Positions 44,936-54,871 of a stretch of 64,000 bases of DNA are shown here, in pieces; positions within the stretch are counted from its first letter, which is position 1, and each line of letters opens with the position of its first letter. The notes beneath the pieces were generated by a model. That model was not told the DNA's origin and ran no database searches. It was given only the letters and a program-made list of their open reading frames with translations. Position numbers and translations under genes: made by a program. The DNA is from a virus: positions 32,001-96,000 of IMG/VR virus record IMGVR_UViG_3300032236_000971; one strand, 5' to 3'.

Positions 44936-45417
44936 TGCTTGCTCTGTACTTTTTCTTGCGTACGACCATAAGCAGTAACGCCGAGAATAGCACCAAATGA
45001 TAGGTGAATCAATCCACCATTTGATAACGTTAGTGATTGCCAAGCGACATATGGCATCTTAGTTATAATTGGTATAAAGATTGATATGATTGGGAACGCG
45101 ACAAAGTCGCAAAAACACATAATCATATATAACCAACCCATTGCTGGACGCCAGTATGCTTTCATCCAGTGTTCTTCTTCTTTTTTCTCAGCTGGCTCTT
45201 GAACAGTGAACGTAACTTCTGGTTGCGGTGCAGGAGTAGGAGTTACTGGAGCTGGTGGCGGAGGAGGCGGAGGTTGAACTGTCTGTGCTACAGGTGCTGG
45301 TTGAGGGGTAGGTGGCGGAGCAATTTTAGAAAGCTCTGCCATCATTGCTTTTGGAGCTACTCTTTCTACAGGAGGAGCAATATCGTCATCATCAGTTGGT
45401 TTTGCAAATTTAGCCAT
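44932..45417 (-). CDS. 3TM holin-like protein with Pro-rich N-terminus
   Basis: WRPAMGW...H..FGAILG..AYGRT.EK motif. Confidence 0.7.
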   Translation of the reverse strand: MAKFAKPTDDDDIAPPVERVAPKAMMAELSKIAPPPTPQPAPVAQTVQPPPPPPPAPVTPTPAPQPEVTFTVQEPAEKKEEEHWMKAYWRPAMGWLYMIMCFCDFVAFPIISIFIPIITKMPYVAWQSLTLSNGGLIHLSFGAILGVTAYGRTQEKVQSKQ

Positions 45418-45431
45418 TGTTATTCCTTTTC

Positions 45432-48284
45432 TTATGCAGCTACTGTTAAATATGCTTTTAACAATTCATTTGATGGAGCGCCAAGCGACCCAGGGTTACT
45501 TAGTCCTGGATTGTTTACACCTTTTGGTCTTGGGCTAGGATTAGGACTTTGAGTTGGAGTACTTGTCTGTTTAGGAGCAGACGGTGTATCGGTAGCTGGT
45601 GTTAAGTTTTCAGCAACTTGTTTGGGGGCTGTATTTTCTTGTTCAGCCGTTTGATTTGATGGCGCTGATGGCGTTTCACCAGCTGGTTTATTTTCAGCTA
45701 CAGCTTCTCTTTGTTTTTCAAGATACTGTTGATATGGGTTATTTGTGCCTAATGCAACTCTTTGACCATCTTTACCTTCTTGTTCAATAGCATGATAGTT
45801 TGATGCATTCTTTTCACCAAAACCTTGACCAGCTGGATATGTTTTTAATCTTGGTCCGCCAGAGCCAGTATATTGTTCCCAAACTTGCATTCCAGTAATT
45901 TTACCATCTTTATCTTTTACATAACCAGCAACGGTAGCGGCATGAGTTGTCATAGTCCCTGGTGAACCAGTACCACCAGCATCATATCTTTCAGAAGCTC
46001 CGCCTTGTCTATTCATAAATGTAGCAACTGGGGTGCCAACAGGTAATTCATTCTCAGTTGCATTAGCTCCTTTACGCCAAGTTGTAACACTATCAGTGCT
46101 ACCTACTGCGGCTTTTGCTAATGTAACACACTGCTGGTTTTTAAGATGCGGTGCTACTGATTTAATACGGTTAGCAAGCTCTTGTTGAGTTTCACCTTGT
46201 ATCGGCGGAACAGAAGGTAAAGCTGAACCAGAAGCTCCAGCAGGGGTTGCTTGAGGCGTAGTACCTGGGCTTGTTATAGCCCCATTACTTTGTTGTTCGG
46301 CAGCAGGTGTTGGTGCGTTTTGTCTACCGTTTGATGGAGTATACGTTGGCGCTACAGTTGGCGTATTAGAAGTAACTCCTGCGCTGCTTTGATAATTAGC
46401 TAATCCAGCACCAGTAGTTGACGGCGCTTGACTCATATCTGTTTTTGTAGCGTCAGCTTTCGCTGGTTGAGCTCCGCCAGCTGGAGCAGCGCCGCCTTGT
46501 ACCTCACCTGCTGCTATACTACCTCTTTTAATATCAAAGCTACCTTGTTCAGCTTTTGCGGCTGAGAAGTGCATTGGATCTTTTACAGATTTCCAATTCA
46601 TACCCCACCCAAGACCGTGAGCAGCTGCTATAGTGCCTGTTTGTGGAGGTAAATCTGTCTTAGTTGACTTATTAGGATTGCTTCCTGGGTTGATATCAAT
46701 AGCAGCACCCATAGCATGGAAGCTCTTTACGCTTGGATTATTGACATTAGCACGATCAGCATATCCACCGATGCTGTTAATTTTATATCCAGTTGCTTCA
46801 AGGTCATTAATGAAGCCTTGGAAATTAGAAGCGTAAGCAGCACCGACTTTAGTTGACTTACCGCTTTTAGTTTTAACTTCAGTTAATCCACCTGCTGCTG
46901 CTTTATCCCCGCCCGCCTCTGCCGCTGTCGCGCCTGCTGGCGGCGCTCCCGCTGGTGCTGATGGAGTTGGTGTTGCTTGAGGAGTCGCTCCTGCTGCTGA
47001 AGGGGTAACACCAAGAACCTGCGCACCATTTGATGTAGGAACTCCATTAACTTTAAGCTCTTCTGTTTTAATAGTCATTTCTTTAGCAGAGAATAAAATT
47101 TCTCTTGCTTTAAATTCTATTATTTGAGCAGTTGTTTCTTTCTGACCTGTTTGTATTTTTTCTTTAACAGGATTACCATTCCCCCCATCGGCACTATCAA
47201 CTCCTGTGGGTGAAGGTGTATCTGATTTTTTATCTTCTTTCTCAGCGTCTTTATTGAGACCAGGCACATTACTGTAAACATAATCTTTTACTGCTTCTGC
47301 GACCTTTTTTAAATTTTCAACAGATTCAGGATCATCATCAGGAAGCTTGCCGTAAACTGCCTGATAAACATCTCTTGCTAACAATCCAGCTTGAATTGCT
47401 ACAGAACCAGCTGATGCTGCTACAGCTGCTGGCGTTCCAATACCTAATGTACCTGCTGCAGCTGCGCCACCAGCCGCACTTAATGCGCCGCTGGTTACTT
47501 CTGCGGCTGCGCCTTTAAAGTCTCCCTCCATTGCTCTCCAAATACCGAAACCAATACCTGTAACCAATCCAACACCAGGTACTGCGGCTGCTGCTATTTT
47601 AGGTAGCTTTGGACCAACAATTTTTACTATAGCTTCTTTAATTGCTTTCTCACCGACAGCAACGCCAGCACCAACTACTGCGCCTTCGGCTGCTCCTGCT
47701 GCTATTTGTCCAGCATTACCGCCACCAGCAGCCGCTAATCCTCCTCCAACAAGAGCGCCAACTTTACCAGCACCTTTTGCCTCACTATGAGGTGTTTCAA
47801 CAATAGGAGCTTTTTTCTCAGCAACTGCGTCAATTTTAGCTTTTGCTTCCTTTGATGTCATCTCAGGATTTTTAGCTTTTTCTTCAGCAATCTTTTTAGC
47901 TTTTTCTTTTAAAGCTGCTTTACGTTCTTCTTCTGTTTGTGCTTTCTTAGGCTCTTCTTTAGATTTGTTTTTGTTTTCGGTATTTAAATTTCTATCTAAT
48001 ATATCATTTGATGAAGATTTGTTCTTATCAGTAAGTAATTTTAATATCTTATCAAGAATAATATTCTGTTCTTTTTGAATATCAATTGACTGAGATAGAA
48101 GTTCGTTGTTTTGAATTATACCTGCGCCAAATGTACCGAACTCACCACTTTCAGGTTTTACATTAGATAATGGTTTGTTCGCGGTTCTTTTTTTATCACC
48201 GCTGAACATTCCTGAAAATACACTTTTGATTGCTTCTTTGCCGAGCTTTCCTGCACCAGAAGCTATTGTTCCTGCTATACCCAT
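45432..48284 (-). CDS. Baseplate hub or tape-measure-like protein with M15-like peptidase and BPSL0067/Tae2-like amidase domains
   Basis: SFHAMGAAIDIN...WG..W...DPMHF; QCV.L.K...TWRKG...GT.VATF...HAA; Gly/Ala hydrophobic helices. Confidence 0.7.
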   Translation of the reverse strand: MGIAGTIASGAGKLGKEAIKSVFSGMFSGDKKRTANKPLSNVKPESGEFGTFGAGIIQNNELLSQSIDIQKEQNIILDKILKLLTDKNKSSSNDILDRNLNTENKNKSKEEPKKAQTEEERKAALKEKAKKIAEEKAKNPEMTSKEAKAKIDAVAEKKAPIVETPHSEAKGAGKVGALVGGGLAAAGGGNAGQIAAGAAEGAVVGAGVAVGEKAIKEAIVKIVGPKLPKIAAAAVPGVGLVTGIGFGIWRAMEGDFKGAAAEVTSGALSAAGGAAAAGTLGIGTPAAVAASAGSVAIQAGLLARDVYQAVYGKLPDDDPESVENLKKVAEAVKDYVYSNVPGLNKDAEKEDKKSDTPSPTGVDSADGGNGNPVKEKIQTGQKETTAQIIEFKAREILFSAKEMTIKTEELKVNGVPTSNGAQVLGVTPSAAGATPQATPTPSAPAGAPPAGATAAEAGGDKAAAGGLTEVKTKSGKSTKVGAAYASNFQGFINDLEATGYKINSIGGYADRANVNNPSVKSFHAMGAAIDINPGSNPNKSTKTDLPPQTGTIAAAHGLGWGMNWKSVKDPMHFSAAKAEQGSFDIKRGSIAAGEVQGGAAPAGGAQPAKADATKTDMSQAPSTTGAGLANYQSSAGVTSNTPTVAPTYTPSNGRQNAPTPAAEQQSNGAITSPGTTPQATPAGASGSALPSVPPIQGETQQELANRIKSVAPHLKNQQCVTLAKAAVGSTDSVTTWRKGANATENELPVGTPVATFMNRQGGASERYDAGGTGSPGTMTTHAATVAGYVKDKDGKITGMQVWEQYTGSGGPRLKTYPAGQGFGEKNASNYHAIEQEGKDGQRVALGTNNPYQQYLEKQREAVAENKPAGETPSAPSNQTAEQENTAPKQVAENLTPATDTPSAPKQTSTPTQSPNPSPRPKGVNNPGLSNPGSLGAPSNELLKAYLTVAA

Positions 48285-51200
48285 TAGCGTCTAGCCTTCA
48301 AATGTTGATTTTGAGAGTGTAGTGCTTGTTGCTGTCCTGTAATAACAGCCATAGCAAGATACGGTAATGTTTTAGCAAGCTTGCCAATAAATTCTTCACC
48401 AGCAGTATTTGGTTTATGCGCAGGTCTATCTTGTGATACTTTAGATGTATCTGAACCACTAGTTTTAGCTGCTGGCGCTGGCGCTGCTGCTTGCGTTGAT
48501 TCTGCTGTTGGTGAAGTAAGTTCAGCTGGCTTTGTTGGAGGCATAGGTATTGACTCAGCGACAGGTTGTAAATCCTGAGACCCTGTTCCTACATCAAACG
48601 ACGTTTCATACCCAGCTATTTCACTTGATGCTAAAGCAGCTGCTGACTCTTCTTTTTCTACAGTGTTAGAAACATTCATCATATTAGCAGAACGAATATC
48701 TCTATCTTTTAATCCTTCGTCCCCGCCAGGAAGTTTAGTTGCATCTGGTTCTGGTTTAGTTAAATCTTCACCAGCAAGAGCTTTTTTATCTTCTTCAGTC
48801 ATTGCTGGTCTAGCATTTCCACCAGCAGCTATAATAATAGGAGGAGTGGATAGTTGTTTTGCTGCTCTTGTTTGTTCAGTTCCTGATGTAGCAGCTACAG
48901 CAACTTTCGCTTTAGCTGCTGGAGTTTCCGTTTGAGCATCTAATTTTTTAGCAACCTCTGGCGGTGGCGCTGGTGGCGTTTGATTAGGTGTAGTTTTAGA
49001 AGCTTTGGTTGCCTCAGCTTGTTGTTGCTGAACAACTGCGGGAGCAGAAGTGGTTCCTGCAGGTTCAACAGATTCTTTTTTCTCTGCGTCTTTTTGAGCA
49101 ACCTGAGCCTTTGCTTCTTCAGTTGTTTTTTTCTTTTCAGCTTCATCCGTTGCTTTTACAGCCTGGTTAGCATATTTAATTCTGCTATCCATATGCTTAA
49201 TTCCAGCAGCTTCATAATGCTTTTCAACAGCTACAGTAGCATCAGTAACATTATTTGTTTTCTTTACAGCAGCAATCGTACTCTTATGAGTTGTTTCTAA
49301 CTCTTTCTTTAAGAAGCCATAGTTAGCATTTGGATCAGTTGCTTCTTGTCCTGTTTCTTTTAAATACTTTTCAAACTCTTTTCTACGAGGGCCAGTCCAC
49401 TGCGCCCATCCAAGCCCACCACGACCTTGTTTTACACCTTTTTCCTGAATACCTGCTTGTAACCCTGCTGACTCGTGACCTAAGTTACCAACAACACCAG
49501 CTGCTTGTTCTTTTGATAAGCCAAAGTCTTTCTGAAGTTTCGCCATAACATCTGGCGCTTGTTCAGTAAATGATTTACCGCCAGCTAATGGTTTATTGCT
49601 ACCTGATGATGGCGCTGCCTCTGGTGATGCTTCTGGTGCTGCGCTAGGAGCATTTTGTCTACCATTTGATGGCGCATATGTTGGGGCTTGTTGTTGTGTA
49701 GACGAAGTAACACCAGGACCGCCAGTATAATTTGGCATTCCAGCGCCAGCACTAGGAGCAGCTTGTTGACCAGCTGGACCAGCTACACTTGGTGCGCCAG
49801 TTTGTGCTGCTTGAGGTACTCCAGGAGCTCCACCAGGACTTTCACCAGTTCCTCCGGAACCTCCAGTACCAGTCCCGCCAGTAGATGGCGCTGCTGCGGA
49901 GGGTCCGCCTTCATTACCCCCAGTAGCACCAACTTGCTGACCAGTGGTTGGTTTCATTTCTACATTTAATGACTGAACTTCAAATGTTAGTTTATCAGCA
50001 TTAAATTTAATCTGATCAGCTTTATAAGAAATAAGTTCTGGCGTTACTGTTGCTTCCGGACCTCTATTTCTAGCCTCTTCAATATTAGAAGTTTCAGCTT
50101 TCTGTGCTAAACTTTCACCAGTTGTTGCTGGCGGCGGAGCAGATGGAGTTGCTTGTGGTGTAGTTGGAGCTGGAGTTGCGATTGCTTGAACTGGAGCCGT
50201 AGGAATAGGAGGACGATTTTGTTCCTCTTTAGTTTCTTTCTTTTTTTCAACAACAGGAACAGTAGCTTCTTGTGGAGTTGTATACTTTGACAATGGATCG
50301 GGATTACCCATATCCATAGCCATTTTTCTAGCTGCTTGAACTTTAGGATCTTTCAACGCTTCAGGTATAACTTGCCCATTGCGTTCAACTACTACGCCAC
50401 CAACTTTAACTTCTTCATTTTCATCTTCAAGTTTTTTCTTTTCGGGCTTATCTGGATTAAGGAATGTATCAACATTATCTTTATCAATAGTTGGGAGAGC
50501 CATCAAAGCAGATGCTGTACCTAATACACCTCTACCTTTACCTAATAGTTTCTTCCAGTCATAACCTTTATTACCACCAGTATCATTACCTGTTGTAGTA
50601 TCACCCTTACCTATCTTAGCAGCGATCTGAGATAATAATTCAGATGAACGTTCTTGAATAGAGATAACATCACGTAATAGATCAGCGTTATCTTTTAAGC
50701 TATCTTCTACTCTTGTATATTGGAAACGCTTTTCAGTAGCTTGGCGCTTTTGTTCTGACTTTTCGTTTTGTTCTTTATCATCACCCTTCCAAAGCTTTTT
50801 GACTGCTTCTGTTTTATCATAAATGCCAGGAAGAGTGCTTTTAAGCGCAGCTTTGCCGAACCTAGCAAGTCTACCAGGCTCTTTGTTTTTACCTTCTACA
50901 GGTTCTTTAGTATTGTCTTCTGTTTTTAATGGCTTGTAGTTAAATGGATTGACGCTAAGATCTTTTCTATCTTTACCAGTCCATAACTCACGAAAGCTTT
51001 CTGCCTTCTCATAAAGACCAGGAAATGAATCTTTAAGAATAGCTCTACTGAATCTACCTAATCTAGTAGTTTTTTCTTTTGGCTCTTCTTCTTTTTTCTT
51101 TCTGCCTCTTTTCTTTGGCTTCTTTTCAGCTTCAGCTTGCTCAGGCGTAGGTTTAGCATCGTCAGTTGATACTTTAGCTTTCTTTTTTGGCTTCTTTTCA

Positions 51201-51376
51201 AGCTCTACAGGCGCAACAATAGGATACTGCTCGTTGATAATTTGATTAAACTTATCACCGGCATAATTACCTTCTTCGTTCGTGATCTTTCCTTGATCAT
51301 CACGAAACCACTCTGTACCGAGCCATTCACAGACAAAAGCATGACCAAACTTATTTTGTTTTCTTTTCTTAGCCAT
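48284..51376 (-). CDS. Baseplate hub or tape-measure-like protein with phage tail lysozyme domain
   Basis: QAAGVVGNLGHES...G.GWAQWTG.R motif; gp29 position after gp26/gp51. Confidence 0.72.
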   Translation of the reverse strand: MAKKRKQNKFGHAFVCEWLGTEWFRDDQGKITNEEGNYAGDKFNQIINEQYPIVAPVELEKKPKKKAKVSTDDAKPTPEQAEAEKKPKKRGRKKKEEEPKEKTTRLGRFSRAILKDSFPGLYEKAESFRELWTGKDRKDLSVNPFNYKPLKTEDNTKEPVEGKNKEPGRLARFGKAALKSTLPGIYDKTEAVKKLWKGDDKEQNEKSEQKRQATEKRFQYTRVEDSLKDNADLLRDVISIQERSSELLSQIAAKIGKGDTTTGNDTGGNKGYDWKKLLGKGRGVLGTASALMALPTIDKDNVDTFLNPDKPEKKKLEDENEEVKVGGVVVERNGQVIPEALKDPKVQAARKMAMDMGNPDPLSKYTTPQEATVPVVEKKKETKEEQNRPPIPTAPVQAIATPAPTTPQATPSAPPPATTGESLAQKAETSNIEEARNRGPEATVTPELISYKADQIKFNADKLTFEVQSLNVEMKPTTGQQVGATGGNEGGPSAAAPSTGGTGTGGSGGTGESPGGAPGVPQAAQTGAPSVAGPAGQQAAPSAGAGMPNYTGGPGVTSSTQQQAPTYAPSNGRQNAPSAAPEASPEAAPSSGSNKPLAGGKSFTEQAPDVMAKLQKDFGLSKEQAAGVVGNLGHESAGLQAGIQEKGVKQGRGGLGWAQWTGPRRKEFEKYLKETGQEATDPNANYGFLKKELETTHKSTIAAVKKTNNVTDATVAVEKHYEAAGIKHMDSRIKYANQAVKATDEAEKKKTTEEAKAQVAQKDAEKKESVEPAGTTSAPAVVQQQQAEATKASKTTPNQTPPAPPPEVAKKLDAQTETPAAKAKVAVAATSGTEQTRAAKQLSTPPIIIAAGGNARPAMTEEDKKALAGEDLTKPEPDATKLPGGDEGLKDRDIRSANMMNVSNTVEKEESAAALASSEIAGYETSFDVGTGSQDLQPVAESIPMPPTKPAELTSPTAESTQAAAPAPAAKTSGSDTSKVSQDRPAHKPNTAGEEFIGKLAKTLPYLAMAVITGQQQALHSQNQHLKARR

Positions 51377-51570
51377 TACCCAGCCTGTTGTTGACGCCTC
51401 TTTTCTTCTAACTCTTTCAAATATGCTATAAGCATTTCTACATAGATATCACGCTCGAAGATTATCCAGTTTTCTATCTCGGATATTGAATATTTATGAT
51501 GCTGAGCCAGAGAAAAATTAGTTTGATAATAATTCTCTAGATTATTGTGACTCAGCGCAAGGTAAAAAAA
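51376..51570 (-). CDS. gp51: Baseplate hub assembly protein gp51; no canonical start, probably reached by -1 frameshift from gp26
   Basis: LENYYQTNFSLAQHHKYSISEIENWIIFERDIYVEML motif; frame opens only at a T7 run. Confidence 0.8.
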   Translation of the reverse strand, partial: FFYLALSHNNLENYYQTNFSLAQHHKYSISEIENWIIFERDIYVEMLIAYLKELEEKRRQQQAG

Positions 51571-52277
51571 TCAGAGAGTGATTTCAACTCAATGGTTCTT
51601 TTATTCTTCATAGCATTAGTATATTCAATTTTATAATATAGAGTTGGCATATTGCTCATGAAGTTTCTAACCTTATCGAAGCTAGGAATATCTAGAAATT
51701 CTAGGAACTCAAGAATAGCTTCCTCTTCGAAATCTTTACCTTCATATACCGCATCAGCATCATAGATCTGATCAATACAACGCACAACCAACTTATAAAA
51801 TGTTTCTTCGCCCTCTGCTTTGAGAAATGACTTATCATCATAGATAGATGCAGGTGGATACTTCATTACAATTCCAGACTTATCTGTTACCTTGATAAGC
51901 TTTTCAACATTCTCAGGATATTTAATCTCGATCTTAGGTAGCTCGATAGTAAAAGTGTAGCTCTTATTGTCTTCTAGATCGCGATATGAAACTTCAATCT
52001 CGTTACCGATAGAGTTACCACGCAACTGAACAAACAAATACTCAAGAGCATAGATAGGCAACTTATCAATATCAAGTGTTTGATCCAAACAGCAGTTGTT
52101 TACAACTTGTTTGATAGCCTGTAGGATATCTGTTTCTTCTTCGCTCTGCTTTGCCATAAGAAGAAGCTTTTCCTCTTTAACAAGCATTGGGCGAAACATA
52201 TATTGCTTCTTGTCTGGGGGGATAGAAAGATTCAAAATAGGGTAATCAATTTTAGGTAGTGCCATGTTATACTCCAA
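51552..52277 (-). CDS. gp26: Baseplate hub assembly chaperone
   Basis: MALPK, FRP.LVKEEK.LL.A, EY.F..LR..S.G and C-terminal DFF motifs. Confidence 0.9.
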   Translation of the reverse strand: MEYNMALPKIDYPILNLSIPPDKKQYMFRPMLVKEEKLLLMAKQSEEETDILQAIKQVVNNCCLDQTLDIDKLPIYALEYLFVQLRGNSIGNEIEVSYRDLEDNKSYTFTIELPKIEIKYPENVEKLIKVTDKSGIVMKYPPASIYDDKSFLKAEGEETFYKLVVRCIDQIYDADAVYEGKDFEEEAILEFLEFLDIPSFDKVRNFMSNMPTLYYKIEYTNAMKNKRTIELKSLSDFFTLR

Positions 52278-52288
52278 TGGTTATCATA

Positions 52289-52975
52289 TTATTTAAGTGT
52301 GAGTGGTGTTTCCGGTGTTCCGTAGACCCATTCTCTAAACGTAACGGTAGTTGTCAACTTAATCAAACTATTATTATCTGTCCAGTTCAAAGCAATATCG
52401 TTTATAGATATAGGATATGCCTTAACTAATGTTGCAACGATTTGTGGTTTGCCTGTTGTATCATATACAGTTATAGTGATATCAGCAGCGTAATTATCTT
52501 TATACTCTGCAGTATAGAACGAACGGTATTGATCGCCTCTATTTAATACGTAATTGTTATCTGCTACGTTATAATTTCCATAGATATTATTTACGTTCTC
52601 TTCGCCATTCGTACCAAATACGAAATTAATCCATGAATACCAGAACTTATAAACGTCGCCAGTGCGATCCATTAAAAAGGTTAATGTAACGTCTGTATAG
52701 TTTCCGGTGAATGGCATCTTTTCAGATATACCGATGCCGTAACGATTGATATCAGCTGTTCTTAAAGCAATACCAGGTAATGAAGCACTAATACAACGGT
52801 ATTGTAGGTCTCTTGTATTGCTTATAGCATTACCGATATTACTATCATTTGTTGTTATAGTTTTTGTAGCAAATGGAGAATTTGTCGGAAACGAAATCAA
52901 TACGTCGTACTTGTTTGACTGAAGTACGCCTTTTTTACTGATATTAGTTCTAAATTCTTCTATATTTAATGCCAT
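52289..52975 (-). CDS. gp54: Baseplate tail-tube initiator
   Basis: N.Y.V, C....LPG, Y.D.Y, AYP and V.F..R.W motifs; synteny. Confidence 0.75.
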   Translation of the reverse strand: MALNIEEFRTNISKKGVLQSNKYDVLISFPTNSPFATKTITTNDSNIGNAISNTRDLQYRCISASLPGIALRTADINRYGIGISEKMPFTGNYTDVTLTFLMDRTGDVYKFWYSWINFVFGTNGEENVNNIYGNYNVADNNYVLNRGDQYRSFYTAEYKDNYAADITITVYDTTGKPQIVATLVKAYPISINDIALNWTDNNSLIKLTTTVTFREWVYGTPETPLTLK

Positions 52976-52977
52976 TT

Positions 52978-53574
52978 TTATATCTTTGTTAAAGAGTCTT
53001 TGAACACTTGTTGCTTTGTTGCGCCTTGGAATCGTTCAGTTGGTAACATCAAAGCAAAGTCCCACTCGTCTGGCGCTATATAAATGAACTGCGAACCTAC
53101 ATGAGTAAACAGATACTTGTGAATGCATGGTTTGAAATACTTAAATCTAGATGCGCTCGCTAGTATATTATATGCTATTCTTAACTTTGTTGTCTTATCA
53201 TACTTCTTGTTATTTATTGTCCCATACAGAGCGTCCATAAGCTTTGCTCTAAGTACAGGAGATAGATAGTGAAGGTTGATACCCAAGAATGAATCGCCAT
53301 AGAACTCAATAGGGAATATCAATGGAAACGTATCATAGAATGGAAGAGTGTCTTTATGCTTAGGATCATAGACAAACATATACATCTTGCCGATAGAGTT
53401 AGGTGAAAGCATCTGTAAACGTCTAAATGGTTCTGATGTCTGAGTTATCTTATTATCTTGAACACGTCTAACGGATAGAGCTTTTGTACGAAACCAATCG
53501 CGTGCTTCCCTTGAACCTGGTTTAAGTTTATCAGGCGGTGATTTCTTTAGATAATCTGAAAATATTGTTGCCAT
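52978..53574 (-). CDS. gp2: DNA end protector protein
   Basis: YDPKHK..LPFYD.FP, GINLHYL and PC.H.YL..HV motifs. Confidence 0.92.
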   Translation of the reverse strand: MATIFSDYLKKSPPDKLKPGSREARDWFRTKALSVRRVQDNKITQTSEPFRRLQMLSPNSIGKMYMFVYDPKHKDTLPFYDTFPLIFPIEFYGDSFLGINLHYLSPVLRAKLMDALYGTINNKKYDKTTKLRIAYNILASASRFKYFKPCIHKYLFTHVGSQFIYIAPDEWDFALMLPTERFQGATKQQVFKDSLTKI

Positions 53575-54020
53575 TAAAACTTAATATCCAGTTCTTTCTC
53601 AGTAAATATTAGAAACTTCCATTTACGATCATTACAATATTCTGTTGCTGCTTTCCACTTTGCTTCATTCACACCCCAAGTCATAACCTCTTGGATATAT
53701 CTATTTTTCTTTTTGTTTTCAGTAAGCACTGGCGGTCTAGTTTGAGCAGCTGGTTTCACTTCAATCAACGAAGTTTCTCTGATACCATCTTTATTTATAG
53801 TTGTAACAATAAAGTCAACAAAGTATCTATGCATTCTATTGTCGATTGGAGAGCGATAAGGTATTACAACTTCTTCTGATCCCCAACTAATAACATCAGA
53901 GCGATTATCTAAATAGTTCATTAGCTTGAGTTCCCAACGAGACCGATAAATAATATTCGTTGGGTCTCCTCTATATTTTTTTGGGTTTCTTGGTTTGAAA
54001 TAACCTTTGTATGTTTTCAT
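53574..54020 (-). CDS. gp4: Head completion nuclease
   Basis: KY.GD...I.YRS.WE, W.SEE..IPY, HRYF.DF, EVKP and N.AKW motifs; start moved to MKTYKG. Confidence 0.92.
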   Translation of the reverse strand: MKTYKGYFKPRNPKKYRGDPTNIIYRSRWELKLMNYLDNRSDVISWGSEEVVIPYRSPIDNRMHRYFVDFIVTTINKDGIRETSLIEVKPAAQTRPPVLTENKKKNRYIQEVMTWGVNEAKWKAATEYCNDRKWKFLIFTEKELDIKF

Positions 54021-54028
54021 AGAGCACT

Positions 54029-54053
54029 CATAAATAATAAAAAGATATTTATA
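54029..54053. promoter_or_regulatory. Divergent late promoters
   Basis: CATAAATA (+, 54029-54036) and TATAAATA (-, 54046-54053) between gp4 and gp48. Confidence 0.7.
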
Positions 54054-54066
54054 AAAGGCATAATAG

Positions 54067-54870
54067 ATGGCACTTACTAGTTCGGCTGGCCAATATACAA
54101 TAGGTTCTGTAGCAGGAGCTGCGTTTAATAACAAAAACGGTAGTTTGATATTTCCGCTCGACTTAGTAAAGCAGCCATTTTGGATGTCGTTTTCGTTTTA
54201 CGAATACAAAATGCCTTCGCCTTTAATGAATCAGCAAAACGAATATTATATAGACAAAGGAACGATTAGATTACCTTTGCCGAATTCTATGGTTGATGAT
54301 CAGCATGTTCAGTTTAGTCCTGATTCAGTAGTTCCTAGTGTTGCGTTAGGTGGAATGGCAACAGCTGCTGGTAAAGCTGTAGGAGCATTGACCGGAACAG
54401 CAATGAACCCTATGTTGACGGTAATGTTTAAACAACCAACGTTCAAGCAACATTCATTAGAATGGAAGTTAACGCCATCAAATCAAAATGAATCACAGAC
54501 GCTTAATTCTATAGTAAACAGCTTTAAGTATAATATGTTACCTGACAGCGCTGGTGCGGGAGTATTATTATCTTATCCAAACATTGTACAGATTAGAGTT
54601 AGCGCAGCTGATCCTGATTTTTTCACTTATGTATTTAAGCCAGCAGTGATTGAATCGTTTAGCGTTAACTATACACCATCAGGAACACCTTCATTCTTTG
54701 GCACTACAAAAGCGCCAACGGAAGTTCAGATTCGTTTAGGGCTTATGGAAATTGAATACTGGCTTGCAAGTCATTATGGTTCGCCAAGAGATAGTGTTTT
54801 AGATAGCACCAAGAACGCTGCTACAGCTATTTTAAATGGAGTCAAAGGTTATTTCGGGTTAGGCGGTTAA
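54067..54870 (+). CDS. gp48: Baseplate tail-tube cap
   Basis: I.LP.P, NP....F..P.F, L.P....E and VNYTP motifs; synteny. Confidence 0.82.
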   Translation: MALTSSAGQYTIGSVAGAAFNNKNGSLIFPLDLVKQPFWMSFSFYEYKMPSPLMNQQNEYYIDKGTIRLPLPNSMVDDQHVQFSPDSVVPSVALGGMATAAGKAVGALTGTAMNPMLTVMFKQPTFKQHSLEWKLTPSNQNESQTLNSIVNSFKYNMLPDSAGAGVLLSYPNIVQIRVSAADPDFFTYVFKPAVIESFSVNYTPSGTPSFFGTTKAPTEVQIRLGLMEIEYWLASHYGSPRDSVLDSTKNAATAILNGVKGYFGLGG

Positions 54871-54871
54871 A

